64,000 nt of DNA from Chiloscyllium plagiosum (taxonomy: Eukaryota): NCBI RefSeq assembly GCF_004010195.1, contig NC_057719.1, positions 92,498,037 to 92,562,036 on the forward strand, written 5' to 3'. Positions 1-11,499 of the stretch are shown piece by piece (position 1 is the first letter of the stretch; each line of letters opens with the position of its first letter). The notes beneath the pieces were generated by a model. The model ran no database searches. It had not been told where the DNA came from and saw nothing but the letters and a program-made list of their open reading frames with translations. The position numbers and the translations under genes are program-made.

Positions 1-132
1 CTCACCTTGACCTCCTTCCACCTATCGCATTTCCAACGTCCCTCCCCCAAGTCCCTCCTCCCTACCTTTTATCTTAGCCTGCTGGACACACTTTCCTCAT
101 TCCTGAAGAAGGGCTTATGCCCGAAACGTCGA
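1..132 (+). mobile_element. Penelope-like element 3' end (pseudo-LTR tail), family A
   Basis: Pyrimidine-rich tail ending CCTGAAGAAGGGCTTATGCCCGAAACGTCGAT; the same tail follows GIY-YIG or RT-coding pieces at 9731-10600, 34735-35126 and 47694-48860. Confidence 0.75.
103..130 (+). ncRNA. Minimal hammerhead ribozyme motif (Penelope-associated)
   Basis: CTGAAGA-A-GGGC-ttat-GCCC-GAAA-CG-TC: conserved core, 4-bp helix II, palindromic ACGT helix III, GUC cleavage triplet; helix I pairing weak. Confidence 0.65.
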
Positions 133-2553
133 TATGCAGTTACCTGCGGTGATCCGGTATTGCTGGGTCCGGAAAGGTTTCACTCCAGGTCAGTACGGCA
201 GTTTTGCTCCCACTCCCCCCGCCCCGGCAGTTTTAGTTTTGTCAGGACAGGGATGATTTTGTTTCCGGGATGTTGTCAGCACTGACCGGACGTTTAAAAC
301 CAGAACATACTCTCCGAGTGTTGGCATCGCTGGGGGTATATCTGCCAGCAGGGGGTGACTTTAGGCATCCACCTTGGTTACATTGTCTTCTGGAAAAGTG
401 TTCCAACTTGGAATGGCGCTCACGCAGAACAAGGGCCAACCACTGAATTCGACCTGAAGCGATGGGAAGCGCAGCTTTGTCTTCCTTCAGTAACCCTCGC
501 ATGGGCTTGGAGTCTGTGACCGTAAAAGTACTGGTGGAACTTCCTCACATCAAAAGTGACCGCCAAACCTTCCTCCTCCATCCGGCATGTTTGCAATCTG
601 CATCAGCCAAATTCTGGGAGGCTTGCGTTCCCCTCTGTTGGGCCAATAGTGAGCCAACACTCCCCAGATGCGGGACAGGTTTGGGTGTTGCTGTAGAGTA
701 GATGGCACTGGGTAGGCCTGCAGAATCATTGGGTTGTTTCTCAGTCAACTTGCACGGTGGCCTCAGCTCCTTTGATAGTCCCTATATCTTTCTGAAAACC
801 TTTCCGGGTATTTAATTAGAATTTCACTCAAGCAGCTATTTTCTCATCAAAAAATGTTGAACCACACAAATTGAGTCGTTCTCAACTAATTTTGCCCTGT
901 CAAGGATGGGCCTGAGCTTTTTACTACAATCAGAGGTAACCTAAGCAGCTGCTTCTCATAAGACTCAGTGGTTAGCACTGCTGCCTCACAGCGATAGGGA
1001 CCCGGGTTCGATTCCCACCTCCGGCAACTATCTGTGTGGAGTTTGTACTTTCTCCCCGTGTCTGCGTGGATTTCCTCCGGGTGCTCCGGTTTTCTCCCAA
1101 AGTCCAAAGATGTGCAGGTCAGGGTGAATTGGCCGTGCTTTCCTGCTCCTCGGCTGCTGCCTAAACTGCTGTGCTATTCCTAATCCAGAATCTGGTTTCC
1201 AGCATCTGCAGTCATTGTTTTTACCTGTGCTAAATTGTCCCATAGTGTTAGGTGCATCAGTCAGGGGGAATTGAGTCTGGATGGGTTACTCTTTGGAGGG
1301 TCGGTGTTGGGCCAAATGGCCTGTTTCCACGCTGTAGGGGAATCTAATAAATCAGAGAGCAGAACCTAAGTTGTATCCTTATTCTGTAAAAGTTCCCCGG
1401 TATAGGTTCCCAGCCTGGCTGAGGCCTTACGCAAACTTAAAGGTTGGCGTCCAGAGTGAATTTTGTTAAAGACTGGTTCTGCAATCAACGAAGCAGCCAT
1501 GCCAGTGTTGTCCTCCATTAGATCTGGGTGACCATTTAATTTTAATTGGCTCCGACTTGGATGTTGCCGAGCAATGTAACTGTTCCAGGAAGCGCTCTCT
1601 CCCGGGTAGTGGCTGATGAGTTTTCTTACTAATTCAGGCCAAGTGGGACTCTTTAGTCACCCGGAGTTCAGTGCTGGCAGCATCTTCAAGACTTGCCGGC
1701 CCAGATCCTGAAGAAAATTTTGAGCGTTTGGCAGAGGCTCAGCTTTACGTTTTGCTGTGGGCTGACATGGAATCCCTCTGATCACCATAGATCCTCAGTG
1801 ACGCTATATGATTGCCTTCAGTCAAGTGGTGCTTCCCAAGCTCAGGCAGCCTGGCAAGGGTGCCCACGTCCACCGAAATACCTTGCAACTCCAATGCTCT
1901 GCTTGGCGTGTTTTCCAGTGGTAAAGCCAATCGTCGTGCCTGTTTGAAGTCCAGTTAGGGTTCAGCTATGGTCACATCGTTAATCCCACAGACCAAACGG
2001 TCTGTCATGTATCTCATCAAGGGTTAAAGCAAGATCACATGCATCTGCCAGTCTTCTTGACCTTATTATAAATTTCCCTGGTTGAGTAAAGCCAATAGCA
2101 ATTCAGAATTAGAGGAGTCTTGAGCTGGGAGCATTTCTTAATGAAATCTGTCAACTCTGAAAAGGCTTTGGTGCCTCAAGGTACGTTAGGATCCTAACAA
2201 CCGAAAAAGATACGGGTCCACGAGCTGTCCGGAGAATCACTCATTGCTTTTCATCGGACCCAGTGTCATTTCCCTGGGAAAAATATAATGCAGCCTTTCC
2301 ATATATTGGGGCCAGTCTCCAACAGCAGGATCAAGCGAGTCAATCTTCCCAAATAGCGGCACGATGCCAGAAATGCTCAGTCCAATTTATAGATGACTAT
2401 TGTGAGTGAACAGAGACCATTCTTTTTCTCTTGTTGCCACTGAAATATCTCCGTAGAGGGCAGTATCCCATCACCAAGTCACCCTTTATTTTACACGTGC
2501 ATAGAACTTGACACAGCTTGGACATCCCCAGGGCCAGCTCTCAACTCTGACAC
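133..2553 (-). mobile_element. Decayed Ty3/Gypsy LTR retrotransposon (gag-protease-RNase H, RT deleted)
   Basis: Minus-strand remnants: LTR end plus PBS-like TGGCAACAAG (~2441); gag start PLFGKIDSLDPAVGDW (~2360) and DRLVCGINDV (~2000); protease LNGHPDLMEDNTG...TYTGE (~1400-1540); RNase H EEGLAVTFDVRKFHQY and GLLKEDKAALPIASGRIQ (~450-600); many stops and frameshifts. Confidence 0.85.
962..1348 (+). mobile_element. HE1-type tRNA-derived SINE with an inserted Penelope-tail fragment (~1140-1225)
   Basis: CAGTGGTTAGCACTGCTGCCTCACAG A-box head, GGTTCGATTCC B box, conserved body, CR1-like tail GGCCTGTTTCCACGCTGTAGGG. Confidence 0.9.
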
Positions 2554-3612
2554 GTGTGGACATGGACACCACCATTACACGTGGGGACACCTCCAACGTT
2601 GTCTGTCTCATACGCTGCAGGCATGGTACATTGGGGAAACCGAGCAAAGGCTACGAGAACAGATGAATGGGCACCACACAACAATCAACAGACAGGAGGG
2701 TTCCCTCCCAGTTGGGGAACATTTCAGTGGTCCAGGACATTTGACCTCGGACCTTCGGGTGACCATCCTCCAAGGTGGACTTCGGGACAGGCAGCAGCGA
2801 AAAGTGGCTGAGCAGAGGCTGATAGCTAAGTTCGGTACCCATAGGGAGGGCCTCAACCGGGACCTTGGGTTGATGTCACATTACAGGTGACCCACAGGCA
2901 CTCCTATACACACACATACACACAGACACACGTATACACAGACACGCACACAGACACTCACACACTCCTACAGACACTCACACTCTCACACTCACACATG
3001 CACCCTGTCACAGACTTAGACGACTTTACACACACACATATACACTCTCTGTCACAAACACTCACAACCCCCTACCCGACACACACACAGACGCACAAAA
3101 ACCCACATACACACACACACACATATACGCTTGTGGGGTGAATTTGTACTTGCAGAATTACATTGTATTTTGCTCAAAAACTGCATGAATCCATGTAAGA
3201 CTCTGTTAACTTACTTTTTAGGTTAGAATCAGTCTAAACATTATGGCACAGACAGGAAACACCTTCAACATCTTATCTGGGCTGACACCAATTGGTACAG
3301 TTAACCTGAGAATGTAACTTCTTAAAAAATGTTTTGTGATTTACACGTGAAAGAAGTGAAACTAACGTAGTCATTCTCACAAATAATCCAGGTATTAAAC
3401 AGGTATTAATCCAGGTACTAATCCAGGATTTAACAAATAATCCAGGTATTTTCAATGTATAATTTCAGTCACATCACACTGTAAACTTTAGCTATAAATT
3501 CTGTGTCTTACAATTGTGTACTCCACAACCACCTGATGAAGGAGCGGCGCTCCGAAAGCTAGTGCTTCCAATTACACCTGTTGGACTATAACCTGGTGTT
3601 GTGTGATTTTTA
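2554..3612 (+). mobile_element. Penelope-like element 3' part, family B (GIY-YIG endonuclease C-terminus, CA-rich tract, pseudo-LTR tail)
   Basis: ORF 2663-2890 MNGHHTTINRQEGSLPVGEHFSGPGH...QRKVAEQRLIAKFGTHREGLNRD is a typical PLE endonuclease end; CA-rich tract ~2905-3125. Confidence 0.85.
3530..3564 (+). ncRNA. Minimal type I hammerhead ribozyme motif (family B)
   Basis: CAC-CTGATGA-A-GGAGC-ggc-GCTCC-GAAA-GC-TA-GTG: helix I CAC/GTG, 5-bp helix II, palindromic AGCT helix III, predicted cleavage after A3561. Confidence 0.75.
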
Positions 3613-3615
3613 ATT

Positions 3616-3995
3616 CAGGACTAAGATGAGGAGAATTTCTTTCACCCAGGGAGTAGTGAGTCTGTGCACGTCACGACTACAGAAAGAAGTTGAGGTCCAA
3701 ACATTGAAGACCTTCAAAAGAAAGATGTACGTTAAAAATCACACAACACCAGTTTACTTGGAAGTACTTCCAAATAAATCTGTTGGTCTATAATCTGGTG
3801 TTGTGTGACTTTTAACTCTGTCCAGCCTAGTCCGACACCAGCAGCTCCACATCAAGAAAGGTGTCGATATAGCTCTTTAGATTAGAGGACATAGGGAGAA
3901 ATCAGGATAAGGAGAGTGATGTTGGATGATTGGCAATGATCATTATGAATGGTGAAGCAGGCTTGCAGGGCTGAATGGCTTACTCCTATTCCTCT
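3616..3995 (+). mobile_element. CR1/HER1-like LINE 3' fragment interrupted by a family B palindromic element (~3731-3853)
   Basis: GATGAGGAGAATTTCTTCACCCAG...GGCTGAATGGCTTACTCCT CR1 tail; insert has inverted arms AAAATCACACAACACCAG / CTGGTGTTGTGTGACTTTT. Confidence 0.75.
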
Positions 3996-4001
3996 ATTGG
4001 A

Positions 4002-4153
4002 GTGGCACATTGGCTCAGTGGTTAGCACTGCTACCTCACAGCACCAGGAACCTGGGTTCGATTCCAGCCTCGGGTGACTGTCTGTGGGGAGTTTGCACAT
4101 TCTCCCCGTGTCTGCGTGGGGTTTCCTCCCACAGTCCAAAGATGTGAAGGTCA
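4002..4153 (+). mobile_element. HE1 SINE, 3'-truncated
   Basis: GTGGCACATTGGCTCAGTGGTTAGCACTGCT head and B box. Confidence 0.85.
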
Positions 4154-4560
4154 GACCTCTGTCTGACTGAATCCAGCGATGAGGTTTACTAATGAGGACA
4201 GGTTCAGCAGGGTGGGACCCGCTCTCATTGAATGAGATAAGACCCCGACAGGGTGAAGAGTATGTTTCCCCTTCTGGGAGTGATGAGAAATTGGGGGACA
4301 CAGTTTGGAAATAAGGGATCTTTCATTTCAGGTAGAGATCAGTAGGAAGTTCTTTTGGTTCCCAGATGGTCTGCATTGCTCTGCTGCCATACGTTTTTAT
4401 AGCAGAGATAGATTGACTTTTCACTGATAAGGTGTTCGAATGCTGTGGAGGGAGAGTAGGAAAGTGGAGCTCAGGTCATAATCATGGAAGCCATGATCTT
4501 ATTGAATGGGGGAACAGGTTAGAGGGGGCAAATGGCCTATTTCTATACCTGATTCATACC
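4154..4560 (+). mobile_element. Old CR1-like LINE 3' fragment
   Basis: Degenerate RT C-terminus and tail AGCCATGATCTTATTGAATGG. Confidence 0.6.
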
Positions 4561-4649
4561 TTTATGTGTTTGTATGAAGAAAACGTTCCAACATTCTGCC
4601 ATTGTCAGTCATCACTGCCAATCTTCAATCCTGATCCTCACCTTTAGAC

Positions 4650-5022
4650 TATAAGCCACAGAAACAGAATTCAGTCATTCGGTCCATTCCAAGTTCGATC
4701 ATGGCTGATATATTTCTCAAACCCATTCTCCTGCCTTCTCCCTGTCACCTTTGGTCCACTTACTAGTCAAGAACCTGTCTGTCTCTGTCTTCAATGCACT
4801 GAATTGCTTGGCCTCTATAGTCCTCGATGGCAATGAGTTCCACAGATTAACTAAAATTCCTCCTCATTCCGAGGCTGTGCCTTGGATCCTAAGTCTCTCC
4901 GAATCGCGGAAACCTCTCTCCCTGTCCATTCTATTCTGGCTTCCCAGTATGCTGTAAGCTTCAGTCAGATCCTCCTTCGTCCTTCTAAACCCCATTGAGT
5001 ACAGACCCAGAGTCCTCAACCA
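4650..5022 (-). mobile_element. CR1-like LINE 3' fragment
   Basis: Minus peptide LRTLGLYSMGFRRTKEDLTEAYSIL matches the CR1 ORF2 C-terminus. Confidence 0.75.
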
Positions 5023-5055
5023 TTGCAAGTCTGCCATCTGTCTGACCATGGCACC

Positions 5056-5152
5056 CTCATTCCTGATGAAGGGCCTTTGCCCGAAACGTCGATTTTTCCT
5101 GCTCCTCGGATGCTGCCTGACCAGCCGTGCTTTTCCAGCACCACTCTAATCT
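5056..5152 (+). mobile_element. Penelope family A tail fragment with intact hammerhead core (5063-5090)
   Basis: CTGATGA-A-GGGC-cttt-GCCC-GAAA-CG-TC followed by CCTGCTCCTCGGATGCTGCCTGACC...CTTTTCCAGCACCAC. Confidence 0.75.
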
Positions 5153-6689
5153 TGACATGTCACCAGTCTGTCCACATGTCTCAAGCACCATGACCTTCTT
5201 ACATGATCCTCTCAGTGCAATTCATGGCAAGGGATTACAGTGACCCTGGCCCTAATACTGCCTCCCCACCCCCAACCTCGCCTCCCCACCCCCCCTCCTC
5301 TGGATCCCCTCTGACACCAGCACATCATTTCTTACATATAAGACCCTAAACATTCTAAATGCAATCTGACCAGAGTCATGTACAGCCTCACCAATACGTC
5401 CCAGAGGAGCTGAAGAGAAGGACTCACACCGAACAGGCTCCGCACACTAAACATTCTTTTACATGGGCTCCTGCTGTACTCAAATTGCCAAATGTGTTTC
5501 TGATATCATCATAACATTGCAGCTAATACTTTCTCAGAGTGAACATCACAAAATGGACGGTTGACTGTGAAGAGATATAGATTGCCAAAAGTAATCAGGA
5601 ACAAAGAGTGAACCCCTCGCTCCATGTGGCGTTCATTGTCCGCTAGATGAAAGTGTTGGTATGTAGTTAAACCTGTTCAGAAATTCACCACATTGACCAT
5701 AACAGCGATGGGTGTAGCTATAAACCGAACAATTAGCTGAGATAAAATTGAAAAGCCAATCTGGGTTTACCTGGTCGGAAAACATTGTTATCAGCATAGA
5801 ATGTGTAGGAATATAACACAAGACTGTCACGTTTCCATTGTGCCATCACAAACCAGTAAAACATAATCCCTTGCCACGAATCGCAGGCACGCAGGAAGAG
5901 GATCATGGATGGTACTTTGAGAGCTGTCGCAGACTTATGACATGGTCAGGCAGACGGCAGATGCAGTCTAATTTGGAGAAGTGAATGACCCCAGAGTGTA
6001 ATTGGAGATGAGGAACAGGATGCTGCGGGAGCTGTGCTCACACAACTCTTCAAAAGGCAATAGGACAAGTTGAGAAGATGCTTGACAAAGAACATATTGC
6101 ATCCGAGACGCCATTCATAATGGCAACGAAACTTTTTGCCCGGTCTTTATAAATTACTCTCATGCCCAATTCTACACATGAAATCTTACGAAGGATGTCA
6201 AGACTGACCAGAGCCAGCTGAGGAGCAGAGGAAGGCTATTCGTCCAATTGAGACTGCTGTGCATTCACTTGGATCAGAGCCAAGTTGAAATAAAGGCCGA
6301 CGTTCAGTTTCCCTATTATCAGACTGGACTGGGATGCTCACTTTTAGTAATTCATGGATGAGAACTCTGAAATCCTGTAGCTCCAGTTTAACAAATTTCA
6401 ACTCCTTTATTCTTCCTACAAAGTGCGTGACCTCACATTTTCTCACATTATATTCCATCTGCCAAATGTTTGTCAATTCACTTCATGGGTCGAGGTCCCT
6501 ATCTATCATTTCAAAGAGGTACAGGCAGCACATGCCAAATAGTCTCTTTCCATACTAGATCAGTCTATCAGTCCATATATGTTGGAATTATTACTATACC
6601 GAAGAGTGATCAGCATTGAGGCCAGTTCTCAGTTGGTGCGGTCAGTTGACTGTTCGTTATGACAGGGATTAAAGAGGGCAGACCAATTA

Positions 6690-7645
6690 AATATGCATTT
6701 TGGTTCTTTCCTCACAAAGGACGACAGAAATAATGTCCCAAAAATGTTGGCGGACACAGGATGTAGTCAGAAGGAGGAAGCGAAGGAAATCAGTATTAGC
6801 AGCAAAAGGAGAAATTGGCATTGGAGAAATTGATGGGATAGAAGGCTGGTAAGTCTCCAGTGCCTGATAACCTACACCCTTAAGGAAGTGGCCCTAGAAA
6901 TAGGGGATGTGTTGGTAGTCATCTTCCAAGATTCAATAGTCTCTGGAACAGTTCCTACAGGTTGGGGGAAAGCTAATGTAACCCCACTATTTTAAACAAA
7001 AGGCAGGGAGAAAACAGGGAATTATAGACCTATTCGCCTGACTTCAGTAGTGGGGAAAATACTGGAGTTCATTCTAAAAGAATTAATAGCGTCAAGGACC
7101 CAGGTTTGATTCCAGCTTTGGGTGACTGTTTGTGTGGAGTTTGCACATTCTCCCTGTGTCTGCGTGGGTGTCCTCAGGGTGCTCCAGTTTCCTCCCACAA
7201 TCCAAACATGTGCAGGATTGGTCATGCTAAATTGCCCAGAGATGTGCCAGGCTAGGTGTGTTAGGCATGGTTAATGTGGGATTTTCGGGATAAGGTAGGG
7301 ATCATCTTGGTGGGATGATCATCAAAGGAGCAGTACTGGATCAATGGGTCAAATGGCCTCTATCTCGACGGTAGGGACTGTATGACTCTGTGATTAATGG
7401 CAGGCCACTTGGAAAACAGTGACAGGACAGGACAGAGTAAGCATGGAGTTACCAGCTGAAAATCAGGTTTGACAAATCAACTCGAATTCTTCAAGAATGT
7501 AACTACAGAGTTGATGAAGGAGAGCCAGTGGGTGTCGTTTATTTCGAAGGATTTTGACAAAGTCTCACGTTAGAGATTCTGTGTGCAAAACTAAAGTGTG
7601 TGGGTTTGAGGGTGATGTATTGAGCTGGGTCAAGAACAGGTCAGC
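6690..7645 (+). mobile_element. CR1/HER1-like LINE RT-region fragment interrupted by HE1 (7092-7390)
   Basis: KSPVPD, ANVTPLF and GNYRPIRLTSVVGKILE motifs (~6850-7070); decayed FDKV region ~7555. Confidence 0.85.
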
Positions 7646-7655
7646 AGACAGTTAT

Positions 7656-7870
7656 GGGCGGCACGGTGGCCCAGTGGTTAGCACTGCTGCCTCACAGCGC
7701 CAGAGACCCGGGTTCAATTCCCGTGCAGGTCAGGTGAATTGGCCATGCTAAATTACCCGTAGTGTTAGGTAAGGGGTAAATGTGGGGTATGGGAGGGTTG
7801 CGCTTCGGCGGGTCGGTGTGGACTTGTTGGGCCAAAGGGCCTGTTTCCACACTGTATGTAATCTAATCTA
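7656..7870 (+). mobile_element. HE1 SINE (internally deleted)
   Basis: GGGCGGCACGGTGGCCCAGTGGTTAGCACTG head and (TCTAA)n tail. Confidence 0.85.
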
Positions 7871-8789
7871 AACAGAGTCATAGAGATGTACAGCACAGAA
7901 ACAGACCCTTCGGTCCAACCCGTCCATGCCACCCGGATATCCCAACCCATATCCCTCTAAACATTTCCCTTTCATATACCCATCCAGATGCTTTTTAAAT
8001 GTTGCGATTGTACCAGCCTCCACCACTTCCTCTGGCAGCTCATTCCACACACGTACCAACCTCTGCGTGAAAACGTTACCCCTTAGTTCTCTTTTAAATC
8101 TTTCCAGGGGGATGCTGGAAAAGCACAGCCGGTCAGGCAGCATCTCAGGAGCAGGAGGATCAACGCTTTGTGCGTAAGCCCTCCATGGATCCTTGTCTCA
8201 CAAGAGAGGCCAAAATTATCAGGACGAAGCAGTTGTGTGCAGGTAAGGTCAGGATCAGGTCAGCCATGGTCTGAGTAAGGGGTAAATGTGGGGTATGGGA
8301 GGGTTGCGCTTCGGCGGGTCAGTGTGGACTTGTTGGGCCGAAGGGCCTGTTTCCACACTGTATGTAATCTAATCTAATCTAATCTAAACAGAGTCATAGA
8401 GATGTATAGCACAGAAACAGACCCTTCGGTCCAACCCGTCCATGCCACCCGGATATCCCAACACATATCCCTCTAAACATTTCCCTTTCATATACCCATC
8501 CAGATGCTTTTTATATGTTGCGATTGTACCAGCTCCACCAATTCCTCTGGCAGCTCATTCCACACACGTACCAACCTCTGCGTGAAAATGTTGCCCCTTA
8601 GTTCTCTTTTAAATCTTTCCAGGGGGATGCTGGAAAAGCACAGCCGGTCAGGCAGCATCCCAGGAGCAGGAGGATCGACGCTTTGTGCGTAAGCCCTCCA
8701 TGGATCCTTGTCTCACAAGGGAGGCCAAATTATCAGGACGAAGCAGTTGTGTGCAGGTAAGGTCAGGATCAGGTCAGCCATGGTCTGAG
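7769..8789. repeat. Near-identical ~510 bp tandem duplication (7769-8275 / 8275-8789)
   Basis: Same succession of HE1 tail, HER1 tail, Penelope piece and unique DNA ending CAGCCATGGTCTGAG; differs by a few substitutions and TCTAA copy number. Confidence 0.95.
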
Positions 8790-9235
8790 AGGGTAACAGA
8801 GCCCAAATAGCCAACCCTTGCTCCAAATTTAGCCTCAACAGTTGGCTGCAACAAAATTTTTGAGACTTTTATAGCACGCAGCTATTCCGCTCTGACTTTA
8901 AAACGTGTTTTGTAAGTTTATCAGAGACAATATGAAAACACTCGCTTAGTGTCCTCGAATGAGAGGAGAAGATATTTTATTCATCCAGGGACAAAAGTAA
9001 CCCAATATGACAGTAACCAGACTCACAGAAGTTACAGATGCAACAGTAAACACTAGGTTGTGTCAGTCACAAAAAGAAAATCTCAGAACCAGTAGAAATT
9101 CTTGAGGAAGGTCTGAAGGTGTAAGGTTTTAAGCTGTGACCATGTTTGGATAAGAAACAACTGCTTGGTATTGCAGATATCTTTGGGTACGCAGTGATTG
9201 GATGACTCTCCAATTTGATTTGACCTTTATGGGAG

Positions 9236-9411
9236 TGTGCAGAGAGAGAGAGAGAGAGTAGACAGCAGAAAGAGAGAGAGAGAGAGAGAGAGATAGTGCA
9301 GAGGGAGAGAGAGAGAGAGAGAATGTGGGGGGGGGCGGTGGAGAGAGAGAGTAGAGAGCAGAGAGAAAGAGAGTGCAGAGGGGGAGAGAGAGAGAGAGTG
9401 AGAGAGAGAGA
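9236..9411. repeat. Imperfect (GA)n microsatellite
   Basis: Visible GA dinucleotide runs. Confidence 0.95.
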
Positions 9412-9730
9412 CAGCTTTCATCTATTCCATCTGATTATCTTAGCAAAGGAGCTTCTTTTAAAACATATAAAATACATTTATGTGTTTCTGTGTCTGGGTT
9501 TGTTGTTTCTGAGTTGGATTATGTCAAATTTTTTAAAAAGTCTACGAATGTGAACTTCTCCTGAAGGCAAAAATCAAATAGGAATACTGACTGCTTTTAG
9601 TCTCTTTTCATTTAATTTCCCCTCAAACTGCTTCTGGTGTAACTGGTGGCTTCAGCAAAGATTGGCTGGACCTCAGCTTCTGTTTTCACAGCAGCCTTTT
9701 TCAAGCTGGTGCTCTCCCCAGTTCAATGTC

Positions 9731-10600
9731 ACAGTGTGGTGCTGGAAAAGCACAGCCGGTCAGACAGCATCCGAGCGGGAGCGGGAGAGTTGACGTTTCG
9801 GCCAGAAGCCCTTCATCAGAAATATGTGGGGAGAGTGAGGTGTGTGGGGGGGGGCACCAAGAGATAAAATGGAGGGTGGGGCTGGGGCTGGGGAGGGGAA
9901 GGTAGATGGGAAGGCGACGGGTCGATGCAGATGGAGGGTGATGGAGATAGGTAGGTGGAGAGGGTGGAGCAGACAGGTGGGAAGGAAGATGGACAGGGAG
10001 GACAGTGCCAAGTTGGAGGGTTGGATCGGAGATGCAGTGGGAATGAGGAGATGAGGAAACTGGTGAAATCGACGTTAATGCCGTGTGCTCGGAAGGTCCC
10101 AAGGCGGAAGATGAGGCTTCTTCCCAGGCATTGAGTGGCTTGGATTTGGCGGTGGAGGAGGTCCAGGACTTGCATGTCCCTGTGGCCCCCACCCTGTGGC
10201 CTTCCCCACACTCCACCAAGGGCATGCAGGTCCTGGGCCGTCTACCACCAAATCCTAGCCACCCGACGCCTGGAGGAAGGATGCCTCATCTCCCGACCTG
10301 GGACACTCCAACCACACTGGATCAAAGTGGATTTCACCAGTTTCCTCATCATCCCTCCCCTCACCTTATCCCAGATCCAACCCTCCAACTCAGCACTGTC
10401 CTACCTGTCCCTCTTCCTTCCCATTTATCTGCTCCACCCTCCTGTCTGACCTATCACCATCACCTTCCACCTGCATCTACCTATCGCCTTCCCAGATACC
10501 TTCCTCCAGCCCCACCCCCTCCCCGCTCTTCTATTTCTCTCTCAGCTCCCTTCCCCAACCCCACATTCCTGATGAAGGGCTTATACCCAAAATGTCAAGC
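9731..10600. mobile_element. Two Penelope family A 3' ends in inverted (back-to-back) arrangement
   Basis: Minus arm 9731-~10185 encodes DMQVLDLLHRQ...LIFRLGTFRAHGINVDFTSF; plus arm ~10200-10600 encodes the homologous MQVLG...ILATRRLEEG.LI...IKVDFTSF; each ends in a CTGATGAAGGGC core. Confidence 0.85.
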
Positions 10601-10794
10601 GGTGTGAATAATTAACCTGTTTCTCCTGCTCCGCAGATTCTATCCGAGTGGCTGAGCAAGGAACACTCAGTGGAGTAGATTTCCACGGTACACCTGAAGG
10701 AATTTAGTGAGTGGGGGAAAGGAACATTGACATTTTACAGAAGGAGCTGCGAGCACACGTGAGAGACGATAAATCAAAAGAGGGAGAATTGTTT

Positions 10795-11390
10795 TTATGT
10801 TCATCCATGGGACGTGTGTGTCACTGGCTGGGCCAGATTTATTGCATTTACCACCCCACCCCCTACTTGGGAAGGTGGGGGTGAGCTGCCATCTTGAACC
10901 GCTGCAGTCCATGTGCTGTGGGTAGACCCACAATGCCCCTGAGGGAGGGAATTCCAGGATTTTAACCCAGTAATAGTAAAGGAATGACCGATATATTTCC
11001 AAGTCAGGACGGTGAGTGGCTTGGAGGGGAATTTGAATGTGGGTCGTGTTCCCATGTATCTGCATCCCTTGTCCTTCTAGATGGAAGTGCTCGTGGGTTT
11101 GAAAGGTGCTGTCTAAGAATCTGTGGTGAATTTCTGCAGTGCATCTTGTAGATAGTACACACTGCTGCTACTGAGCACCAGTGGTGGTGGGATTGGATAC
11201 TTGTGGATGTGGTGCCAATCAAGTGAGTTGCTTTGTCCTGGATGATGTCAAGCTTCATGAGTGTTATTGGAGCTGCACCCATCCAGGCAGATGGGGAGTA
11301 TTCCATCACCCTCCTGACTTGTGCCTTGTAGATGGTGGACAGACTTTGGGGAGTCAGGGGGTGAGTTATGCACTGCAGGAAAGCTCTGGG
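10795..11390 (-). mobile_element. Non-LTR retrotransposon 3' end (CR1/L2-group, distinct from HER1)
   Basis: TIYKAQVRRVMEYSPSAWMGAAPITLMKLDIIQDKATHLIG RT C-terminal motif; related pieces at ~52330-52700 and ~57620-58550. Confidence 0.75.
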
Positions 11391-11499
11391 CATAGTTCTT
11401 AGGCTTAAAGAGAACGGGGGACTGAGTGAAATGATCATATTGAATGGCAGAGTGGGCTTGAGGGGTTAAGTGGCCTCTCCCGCTCCTGCCCCATATGTT

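Noticed and set aside
962..1030. tRNA genes at SINE heads
   Set aside because: A/B boxes continue into HE1 bodies and no complete cloverleaf is evident; they are SINEs
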